Of a stretch of 64,000 nt of DNA, positions 53,023 to 64,000 are shown in pieces. Numbering within the stretch: the stretch's first letter is position 1; each line of letters begins with the position of its first letter. Origin of the DNA: Octopus sinensis (taxonomy: Eukaryota); NCBI RefSeq assembly GCF_006345805.1, contig NC_043012.1:15624001-15688000 (forward strand), in the 5' to 3' direction. The notes beneath the pieces were generated by a model. That model was not told where the DNA came from, searched no databases, and was given only the letters and a program-made list of their open reading frames with translations. Both the position numbers and the translations under genes were made by a program.

Positions 53023-56000
53023 AAACATACTGGCATGATTGAGGATGGCAGTGGGTCTCTCTCTCTCTTCTGTTTGTCACACATTGCATTCACTTGCCCC
53101 TACCTTTATAGCTCACATGTTGTCCCTACCTTTGTTGCTAAACATTGCATTCTTTCACCCATGCCTTTATTACTCATCTACTGTTTAAAATAGATTACAC
53201 TCTTTTGCACCGTCCTCTTCTGAATTCACACTTTGTCTTGCTCTGAAGTGACTTAAGATATCAATAAATCTGTGCATCGCTTCTAATCACGATGTTACTC
53301 TACCTGTTTTGACCTTCACCCCATCACTCTTTTATGCAGTTTTCTGGTACAGCACCCACCCCTTTTCCATCTCATTACTCAGACCACATCGGACCCTCTC
53401 ATCACCTAAGTGTAGGTGGCTACATTAGACCACTTGTGATCAGTTAACCCACCCCCACCTGTACTGTCTGTCATGTTGTTATCCTCTCTCATCAGTATTC
53501 TCTTATTCCTTTTCTATCTCTGTCATTGCTCTATCTTTTGGGTCTGAGACCCTTTGGCTTTTGTCAAAGACATGACATTTCTCTAGTTCTGTTGGCATGA
53601 AAACAAGCAGCCAGTACATTCTGTAAAATGGTTGGTGTTAGGAAGAGCGTCCAGCCCCCAAAAGTAAGCTAAAATGAAATGCAAGCAAGATAATGTCCAC
53701 TCCTCACCAACTGATCTATCTGTATGAGCAGCCCTGTCTAACCCATGCCAGTATGGACAGTTGAAGTAAAATGATGATGATGATGATGATGATAAGCTGG
53801 GTGCCGATGATGACCATAATAATAACGATAATAGTGATGATGATGGCAACAATGGTATATGATTTGTACTTTGCCCAAGATCTGAAATGCAGATAGAGGC
53901 AGAACAATGTGGTGTTCCTGCTGCTAATAGCATACATACTAATAAAAGTCACTTCTGTACTAAATTGATGATATATTATTAAAGTTACTGTATGGAAAGG
54001 TTGCTTTTATTTCTATCACTAACACTACAAATGACCTGAATGGTCACAGAGAATACTAATGATAACTCTTGCTGCTGTTGTTGTTGTTGTTGCCACCAGC
54101 ACCACCACCACCACCACCACATGCTACTAGCATTATCCCTAACAACAACAACCAACACCACCACCAACACCACAAACACCACCACTGCCACCACCACCAC
54201 CACCACCACCTCCCACACCACAGCTGCTTCGAAAATAACAAAGTGATTAGTGTAGTTTATTATTTAGGAAGGAACGTGAGCTGCCGTTAATTGTTGAGTG
54301 ATGTGAAGTGAGATAGACTAAACTGTAATGTGGTATTAACTGGGTGTAATGTAATTTGAGGTGACTCGGTGAGAACACCCGACAGACTTATTGCAAATCA
54401 CTGAAGGAAACGAAGCGAGCTATGTGTTAGGTTAAAGAGAAATAATTAGTCAGAAATAACAATGTTATGATAGCCAATGATCATCTGATTTAGTCTAAAC
54501 AACCTGCTTCTTTAATATTTTTGCTAGTCTGAGTTGGGACAGAGCTGGCTTTGCCTTTAGCCATTAACACACACACACACACATGCACGCACACCTCAAA
54601 GACATTATGTTTTAGTTAGTAGAGAAGACAACCCTAGGCAGGTTCAGTCGCATTTTGACCTCTTCAGTGGAACATAACCATTTCCCATACCTGCTAAAAT
54701 AGTGAAGAATAAAGTGAATTTACAAGATTATGACTTCATTGATGTAGAAAACAGAATCATTTAGAGATTAGATAATTCAAAATCACCAAATACACAAAAA
54801 AACAATAAGTTGGTTAATATCTGTTTCTTTATTACCTACAAGGGACTAAACATAGAGGGGACAAACAAAGACAGACAAAGGGATTAAGGCGATTACATTG
54901 ACCCCAGTGCGTAACTGGTACTTAATTTATCGACCCCCGAAAGGATGAAAGGCAAAGTCGACCTCGGCGGAATTTGAACTCAGAACGTAACGGCAGACGA
55001 AATACCTCTGAGCATTTCGCCCGGTGTGCTAACAGTTCTATGACTAAAAATGGCTAGCATTACTAAAGTGAACTAGAAATAAATCTGTGTGAAAAAATAC
55101 AAGGCAGCAATTGCATGTTCGTTTTTCAGCAAATATGGGAGATAAGTCCATTGTTTAAATCCTGAGCTAGGAGAACGGTTGAGGGAGGAAGAAGGAGAAG
55201 AGAAGCAGGTAGATTATATGGATATGTAGTGGTTAAAAGTTATATTAAACAGATATAAGTTTGTTTGTGTAGAGTGGAATAGAAAACTGAAAATGCCTGT
55301 CTGTGATTTGTGATTGTAAAGACAGTCCATTATTAATTTCAGATATAAGATTTTGATTTCAAATTTTGGCACAAGGTGAATAATTTCAGGCAGTGGATCA
55401 GTTGAATATACCAACCCCCAGTGCTCAACTCGTACTTATTTTATCAACCCCAAAAGGACGAAAGATAAAGTTGGCCTCAGTGGAATTTGAACTCAGAATG
55501 TGAAGATGGATGAAATGCTGCTAAGCTTTTCGTGTGGTGTGCTAATGACTCTTGTAGCAGTAATAATTATGAAATAAATAAAAGATATTTCTTGGGAAAA
55601 AAACTCCATGAGTGAATATTGTAAATCTAGAACTTCTAAGGTGGGCAGTGATACAATCCTGGAATTTCTCTGCTTCCTCATTCATGGTTAGAACACAATA
55701 TAGCCTCTTTGATGTTTTTGGAATGTTTTAACACATTCTAGAAAGAATTGGAAAATTCACTGATGTCATTTGGCTAGGCCTTTCTTCCATGGTTTTAGGC
55801 AAGTTTATGTTTATTTCATCTAATCTATGCCCTTAACAATCATCATTCATTGTAAAATCAAGGACTGGCTGCATTTTATTGTGTTGCCAATTATGAAGAC
55901 ATTGTTTAGCAGGACTAAAATTCTCTTTTATACTGTTTATTTTTAGAGTTATTGCACTCCTAGACGGGTTACTTTCACTATCCCTCTCTTTCTCTCTCAC

Positions 56001-56913
56001 GCATACAGACGCACATAAGAAATAATGTAACAGTGATAGTGAAAATAGAGATAATGATACAGTAAGAAAGCATGGGCACACACACAGAGGCATGGCTGTG
56101 TGATAGTGTGGTAAGAAGTCTTCTTCCCAACCACATGGTACTGGGTTCAATCCCATTGTATGGCACTTTGGCCAAATGTCTTTTGCTACAGCCCTAGGCA
56201 GACCATAACCATGTGAATGGATTTTGTAGACAAAGAATGAAAGTCTGTAATGAATGTGTGTGTGTGTGTGTTATACAAACAGAAGAAAAAGAACTTGATT
56301 AATAAATGTTGTTACGCAAAACTCTCAGCCCCAGAGTCACTTATGTAGTTTCACAACTAATATATGTATGTGTATATGTGCATGTGAAGTGTGTGTGTCT
56401 GTTCTCTCTCTCTCTCTTTCTTTGCCTCTCTGTCTCTTTCCATCTTTCTTTCCCTATCTCTCTCCTTCTTCTCCCTCCCTCTTTCTTTCTTTTCCTCCCC
56501 CTTTCTCTGTTTTATTGATTCTCCTATTTAGCAACAATTCAACAATTGTTATCACCACCACTACACCATTTACAGTCACAACAAATATCATCAGCACCCA
56601 CCCCCCATCCCACCTTATTACCCCCTCCCCCCTCCACCAGCACCATTTCAATGACAACAACATTATTGGCAGAGGAGTGGATGAAACCTTGTTTCCCTCT
56701 CTCTTCTCTAATGGCAAGGAAGGTTGTTATCTTCCCCCTCTCTCACACACACACCCTCACCCCTCTCTACTCACTTCTCTTGTTTCAATACTTAATTGTT
56801 ATTAATTTGTGTGTGCATATATATATATATATAGATATATATATATCTATATATATATATATACTTAATTGATATCCATTTGTGTGAGTGTGTGTATGTG
56901 TGCATTTGTGTGA

Positions 56914-56953
<40 letters not shown>

Positions 56954-57914
56954 TTGCTGCCCCCTCGTTATCGAGTATGGCCATTGCACGAAGCTTAATC
57001 AATGTTGTTATCATGAATTGCATACATATATATATATATACATACACACACATATATCATCATCATCATCATCATCGTTTAACATCCGTTCTCCATGCTA
57101 GCATGGGTTGGACGGTTCGACCGGGGATCTGGGAAGCCAGAAGGCTGTACCAGGCTCCAGTCTTATCTGGCAATGTTTCTACAGCTGGATGCCCTTCCTA
57201 ACGCCAACCACTCCGTGAGTGTAGTGGGTGCTTTTTACGTGCCACCTGCACAGGTGCCAGGCGAGGATGGCAACGGCCACGGTCGGATTGGTGTATTTTA
57301 TGTGCCACCGGCACGGAAGCCAGTTGAGGCGGTGCTGGCATCGGCGAGTCGGATAGTGCTTTTTACGTACCACCAGACCAGGGATCCTGGCTGGTTCAAT
57401 TCGATTTCGATTTCGCTTGCCCCAACATGTCTTCGCAAGCAAAGGGGGTTGGCATGGGTGCCCGTCATACGGTCGGATTGGTTTGTTTTACGTGCCACCG
57501 GCACGGAAGCCAGTGGAGGCGGCTCTGGCATCGGCCACGAGTCGGATAGTGCTTTTTACGTACCATCAGACCAGGGATCCTGATATATATATATATACAC
57601 ACACACACATATATACATATATGGATGTATATGTCCATTAATGGAATGGTTTGATGCTTCTGCTTTTCTCAAGGGAGCCGGCCCTTGCAACATCTTCATC
57701 CTCTCAACATGTCAACCTTAGTCAGGCAGAGGGACAACTCCTTTTGTTCAGTTTAATCAGCCAATTGCCATTTCTGTCTGTATTAAGTTGACCCACAGTG
57801 CTTTTCCTCCAACAGAATCATTAAATGTCTCCTCCCTCTTTCACAAACATACACATATACATATATACAAACACATGTGTGTAAAATATAAACACAATAT
57901 ATATATACATATGC

Positions 57915-57952
<38 letters not shown>

Positions 57953-58086
57953 GCACTCACATACAAATATGCATACACCACCCACTCTTGTGTGACTCAC
58001 ATCATTCTTTTACTTATATATATATATATATATATATATCTCATACACACACATCCACTCATCACAACTTTTTATGTGCCACCGGC

Positions 58087-58338
58087 ACAGGTATCACAAC
58101 TACTATATTTCCATTGATATTTATTTTGATGTTCATGTACTTGACTCAACAGGTCTCCTCAAGCACAGCGGGATGTTCTGGAATCCAAAGTACTTTGAAT
58201 GGGCAGGGGCTATACGGGACTGGCCCCTGCCCATTCAAAGTACCTTGGATTCCAGAACATCCCGCTGTGCTTGAGGAGACCTGTTGAGTCAAGTACATCG
58301 AAATAAATATCAATGGAAATAGTAGTTGTGATACCTGT
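58087..58338. repeat. Near-perfect palindrome, ~120 bp arms and ~12 nt loop
   Basis: acaggtatcacaactact...gggcaggggc | loop | gcccctgccc...agtagttgtgatacctgt. Confidence 0.95.
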
Positions 58339-58625
58339 AACAATAAGCTGTATATGTGCAATGAGATGCATGCAGTATGTGTACCATGTGATGCATTATA
58401 TATGTGCAACAGGATCTATTAAATGCAATGATGATGTAGCCAAAAAGGAAGTACGATGTGCATGCTGCACATAAAGGTTTAAAAGTGTAATGTCACTGTA
58501 ACAATAGGGTATGTGTGTATATGTATGGACTATATTATATGCACGTGTGTATGTGTGCATGCACACATGTGTATATGTGTTTATTTTGTGCATGTGTGGC
58601 TTTTTATGTGTGTGGAGAGCTTTAA

Positions 58626-58847
58626 CCCTTTCAATACCAACCCAGCTGAAACTGCCTCTGGCTCTGTAGTACAAATGTCTGGTTTTCATAAGTTTTGAAT
58701 TAAAATCTTCCAATAAACCTTAGTCACAACTTATGTTCCTAACACCAGCTTAATGATGACTAAATTAGTTTACTAAATTCATTGATATATTCAAAATTAA
58801 TTGAAAGAAACACAGAGCATCTCAAAATAAATACGGTAATGAAAGGG
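58626..58847. mobile_element. piggyBac-like MITE, copy 2
   Basis: TTAA target duplication, CCCTTTC termini, homologous to 34551-34764. Confidence 0.85.
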
Positions 58848-61030
58848 TTAAGATTGTTATATATGTGTGTGTGTGTCTGTGTGTTTGCATCCAAAAAGGT
58901 AAATATAGATGTTGGTAGTTTGTCAAATGTTTTTCTTCTGTTAGTTAATCTTTAAAGAATTTCATTTCAACCCTTTTAGCATTCAGATTATTTTTGTCAA
59001 ATGTAATGCTTATTTGTTCATGTTGTTTTGAATTTATCATCTATTATCTTGTAACTTTGATATTTTGACGACATGACTGTTTATTTTAAGAATGACATTG
59101 TTGGGTAAATGTGAGAGGTTGGATCATGACAGTGTGAACATAAAACTGGTAGAATATTTGAGCCTGATATAGCTGGTTTAAATGCTAAAGTGTTAAACTT
59201 TACCTCTTGGTTAGTTGGGAAGGAAACATAGCAAAAAAAAAAAATCACTTGTTTCCCAGAGCCTTCCATTCTCTATAAAACATAGACCAAAGATGGCTTT
59301 TCTTCATTGTTCTCAACTCTGGGCTGTAAAGTGTGGCCGACCCATCACTACTTGTCTCTAAAGGAAGGTCTTCCTCTCTCAAGTCTTGTTGGTTTTAAAT
59401 TGCTATCTATGTTTCTGTATATGCCTCTTTCCAGGTTTGTGGTGTTGGCCCTGTACAAACCTATTTTTACCCCTGGGGAGAAGGGCTCCGTATTAATCTT
59501 GCCTCTATCCTTTGACCTGTACAGCATAAGAAGCCCTACCATGACCTTGCATTCTACTGGCATAGATCTCAGTCATTGAAGTACACAAACCATTCCACTG
59601 CTACAAGGACTTCACCTTTTGATGGAGCTGAAGGTATATTGTGGCATATAATTCACGAATAGAATCATGTGAAACCTGTAAGACTTCCTCCATTCTTATT
59701 TCTTCAGTCTGCTGGTAGGAGTAGATTTAATTATCGTTATTGTTGTAGCAGGAAAGTTCAGCACTTACTTCAATTCACCCGATGTCATGATTCATTAGAA
59801 TATTGCCCATATGGTCAACAAAATCCGAACAATCACTCACAAGTTCATGTGGAGTAAGCTTCTGTAATGATTTCATCTTTTGGCACCCTTTTTTATGAGT
59901 CCATCCATCAGTATAAATTCAGCACACCTTGACTACTTAACAGAGAGCTTTGAGAGAGCATTGAGAGACAGCAGTGATGAGACAGTAGATGGACAGTGAA
60001 TGGACACAGGCAGCTGCTGACAACTATCACATTGAACAATCAGTGACAGCAACACAATGACCAGCAGTTAACCTTTTAACTGCCATTACAATTACATCAA
60101 GAGCAATGACATTCAAACTCTCTTCATATTTCGTCATTTGTAGTAACAAAAGCATTTTTTTTTCTGTATGTATGAAAAGAATAAAAGTTTTGCTCATCAA
60201 ACATTGCAACCTTCTTAGTGTTCTTCATACAGTGCTGAAGGAGCCAAAAACTGTAACAGCTTAAAACAGGATCAGTTATTCTGGAGTCTTTATCAGTGAA
60301 GACCTGTTTTTCAGGTTGAGAGTAGATTTTTTTTTGTGTGTGGTCTAGGACAGTGTTTCCCAAATTGGTTTTCAAGGAACTCCAGGGTTCCATTATAAAT
60401 TTATGAAGTTCTACAAGATAAAGTGTCTTTTAATGAAATTTGATAGAAATTTATTTTGTAAAAATATGGAATTCACCATTTTCAAAGTCCTTTTTAAAAT
60501 GAATAAATTTTCTCTATTTTTTTTTAATGTCACATTAAAGTTAGAATGGCAGGGATTGTCTGTGAAATATAGGAATGGGTTTAGAGACGACTGGCCTAGA
60601 ATATGTGTGTGTGTGTGTTTTTAGTGGTTGCATTAACTTTTGTTTGTGAGCATTCACTTTTTACTTATGTAAAATATTAGTTGCTGTTTGTAACTGAAGA
60701 AATTTATATCTTTTGAAATAACATTTCCACTAATTGAAGAATGAGGTTTGTGTGTGTGTGTGTTAATATGTAAGAGTGCAGTGTTAGTTTGCTGTGTGTG
60801 TAGTGAAACTGTATGTTGGATTGGTTTTAAGGTATATTTGACCATTCATTGTAAAGAAAATCCATCCAAGTTTTCTTTTTTTTTTTAATCTTCTTTCTCA
60901 TGGTAATGCCTTAACTAGACTCTCCAGATTGCAACTGAACCAAAAGCAAATATAAAATGTGTTGCACAGACCCAGTGTTGAGAGGACTACTTATGCTGAT
61001 AAATCTGGATTTGTTTGGGTCTCACTACTC

Positions 61031-62227
61031 ATGACCACTGTCATGCAGATGCGTTGTAGATATAACTACACCAAGATCTTCTCCAACTGCTCCAATTTGA
61101 AGACTTTGGAGTGGCCAGAGGATAATAACCTGATTGTCATTCAAATTCTATTTGCCGTTCTTGGATCCTTGTCTTTTATTTTGAACAGTTTTGTTCTGAT
61201 TGAGTCAAAAAATGCTAGCGGAGGCCAAAGCCCTTCATTAGTTTTTGTCCGAACTTTGATTGTTGCTGATGCCCTCATAGGGTTGTTTGGCATTGTGAAA
61301 ACAATATATATAGAATATCGCAAAATTCGTTCTATTGATTGTTTTCTGTCAGAAAGCCTTCTTATTACAGCATCAACAGCCTCAGCACTTTCTTTGCTCT
61401 GGTTGACAGCAGACAGTTCTTTGAGGCTGTCACGGCCGCTTGACTTGCAGTTTCATATGCACAAGAAAAATGTCATTGCTCTGATGGTGATTGTTTGGAA
61501 TGGTTCTTTCATCATTGGATTCTCTTCTCAGATGGGATGGGTATTGTTTGATTACACGTGCTTGTTTTTCTGCTACTACAGTTCCACATTCTTGCTATTT
61601 GTTGGAATACTTTGGAATAACTGTGTCTTCATCACTGTTTGCTTACTTATTTATTATCAATGCCTCAACCGACGGATACAAAACAATGATCACATCCTTA
61701 CTCTGAGTAGCAAAGAATACAAAAGATATGCAGGATTGCTCTCAATATCAAAGTACCACATTATAGTATGGCTGCTGACGTATCTGCCTTTGATATTTTA
61801 CATTGCCATTTCCTATTTCTGTGATGAGGACAGTACAAAACCAAATTATACAATCCTCTATTTTTTGCTTCTGCCTCTATTCAAGTCTATTACATGTGCT
61901 GTTCTTCATGCTTACCAATGCCAAGAAATTAACAGTGTGGTAACTAGCCACTGGCACAACATTACAATCTGCTGCTGGAGATATTGCTGTCAAAACATGT
62001 CTTCTACATACAACATTGGTTTCCCAGCAAACGCTATGGCAACTGCGCCCATCCATATACAACACTCTTGCCAAACATCTAATTCCCAACCAACTCTATA
62101 TGATTCGGACAGATCTTTATTGGCTTCAAATTACAATTTGGTATCGAAGCAGTCATCCATGACTGTTCATTGTAATGACAATCTTTTATTTGAGCAAAGT
62201 TCTGTAGAAATCGTGACACGTTTATAG
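61031..62227 (+). CDS. Intronless rhodopsin-like (class A) GPCR, ~398 aa, orphan
   Basis: Seven hydrophobic segments; N-terminal sequons NYT and NCS; TM1 ILN, TM2 VADALIG, Cys at start of TM3, TM4 W, TM6 YLPL. First in-frame ATG is 61031 (the track start 60959 is GTG). Confidence 0.88.
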   Translation: MTTVMQMRCRYNYTKIFSNCSNLKTLEWPEDNNLIVIQILFAVLGSLSFILNSFVLIESKNASGGQSPSLVFVRTLIVADALIGLFGIVKTIYIEYRKIRSIDCFLSESLLITASTASALSLLWLTADSSLRLSRPLDLQFHMHKKNVIALMVIVWNGSFIIGFSSQMGWVLFDYTCLFFCYYSSTFLLFVGILWNNCVFITVCLLIYYQCLNRRIQNNDHILTLSSKEYKRYAGLLSISKYHIIVWLLTYLPLIFYIAISYFCDEDSTKPNYTILYFLLLPLFKSITCAVLHAYQCQEINSVVTSHWHNITICCWRYCCQNMSSTYNIGFPANAMATAPIHIQHSCQTSNSQPTLYDSDRSLLASNYNLVSKQSSMTVHCNDNLLFEQSSVEIVTRL

Positions 62228-64000
62228 CTTAAAATAAACTACATGTATGTATATATGTGCTTGTGTATACACATGCAACTCCACTGCAAATGAATGTAAC
62301 ATATTTGATGGCATAAAGAACATGTAGGGATAATTAGATGCATCCCAATTCTAGCTGTGCATATTTATGAAAAACAGTTTTTAGCATATTGATGCATGTA
62401 ATATAGGCCCAGCTTTGCATAAAAGATCTTGGGTGATTTTTGGAGACATTGGAAGGAAACAGTGTGTCTTGTATGCCATCAAATACAGCAATTCATTTCA
62501 CTTCTTCAAGCAAAGAGACTAATATTCTACTAATGTATTTGTGATATTTATGTCTTTAAAAACAAAAGAAAACAATCTACAAATTGGCTGTACCCATGAT
62601 ATTGCAAACTTTTAAAGGAATATCACCCTTCTCTCACAACCTACAGCTGCTGTCTCTTGTCATGCTGAAATACGATTACTAACTTCTAAGTTTTTATAGA
62701 AGTTCACAAAATTGAGTGAAGAGTATGAACAATATTCCCATATTAAAATGGACTTGTTTGAAATTTTTGTCCTCCTTAATAATCTTATTGTTTTTATAAT
62801 TTTTATAAAAGCAAGAAATGTTACTCTACATCAACCTTTAAGTTTTTGGTTGACCTCAAAATCCACTTTCAATTTAAATGGGATGTTCTTTATTTACTAA
62901 TGCTGCTCTTGAGAAAGGCATGCTCTTCACAGCACCACATTTTATTAACCTTGTAACTTCATATCTACTTAAGAAATTGTATTTCTCATGTAGTGGTTTT
63001 TGATTTAGAAAAATATACAATTGTGTACTCTGTACTAAGTTTATTTATGCTCCATCAAAGCTTTACCATTGTTTAAAGTTAATGATGATGATGAAATATT
63101 GATGCTGAATAAGAGATCCAATGTCTAAGTAAATGTGGTATCTGCTTTTTAACTACTAAATTATTAGTTAACATCTTGCCACCCTCTAGCTTAAAACTAC
63201 ATCTCTCTGAATTTACTGATTTACTTTTTCCAATCATCAGTAAACATATCATTTCTGTTACCTATCCTGTTTTCCCACTTTATTTTCCTTAAAATTCTTA
63301 TACCAGCTTTGTGTCCCAAAGCTTTGTTTCTTAGCTGGAGCACACCATATTACATACACTCACTGATGCACAATTAATTACCAATACATGTAAATAATCA
63401 TATCCAAGCAGCAGCTAAACACACTAATTTCTCTTGCCATCTCACCATGTATTTCTGAAAAAAGGTACTTGACTCAGTTTGATGTAATTAATTGTTAAGT
63501 TGTTACAGACCTCACTTGAAGTGTGATGGCAGCCATAAAAATATTGAAGTCAAGTCAAGTTAGTGTGAAACACAATAGGTTCCCAGCTGTTAATGCCGTG
63601 TAAACTATCAAATGCTCTGGAGTGGAATTTCTGTTTGATCATTGTGTACTTGGTCATCAAGTAAGAATCAGAGTGAATAATAAAAAGTTATAACTGAAAA
63701 TGCAATGAGGCCAATGCAATGCCCAGTTACACAACATAATCTTCTACTGCCTTCATCTCCATTCAACTTTACTGTTATGTGCACTGTTCTACTAGTGCCA
63801 AGAATTCCACCATGTGTTGGCTGGTCACTGGCATAACATTCCAATCTGCTACTGGTGACATTGCAGCTTAAGCGACTTTTATGTTTAAGAATGACTTTAC
63901 AGCAGATGAAAGGTGAGACTGGAAAAATACATTAACTGGACAAGAGATATATCTTTTAAACAGATTTTTCAAATCCCACAAATTCTCCAAAATTGCAGGC

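Overview
AT-rich, repeat-dense metazoan genomic DNA. The SINE, RTE and microsatellite landscape looks cephalopod (octopus-like), which is an inference. Host genes: six + strand exon blocks (739-27948) of a multi-Tudor-domain gene with consistent splice phases and one internal frame discontinuity, an intronless atypical class A GPCR (61031-62227), and possibly a small minus-strand terminal exon (37780-37986). The rest is RTE LINEs, tRNA-derived SINEs, mariner/Tc1/MITE remnants, a Penelope GIY-YIG remnant, a CRE-like endonuclease remnant, a 5S pseudogene and microsatellites. The highlight is a ~4.9-copy tandem array of a non-coding 491-492 bp unit (11826-14224). Every unit carries a type I hammerhead ribozyme on the minus strand with an unusually large stem II insert, making it a retrozyme or Penelope-pLTR-like candidate circular-RNA element. 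Further hammerhead-like motifs from other families lie at 1613-1670, 2943-2978, 24859-24894 and 47235-47269, all in (TA)n-flanked inserts.
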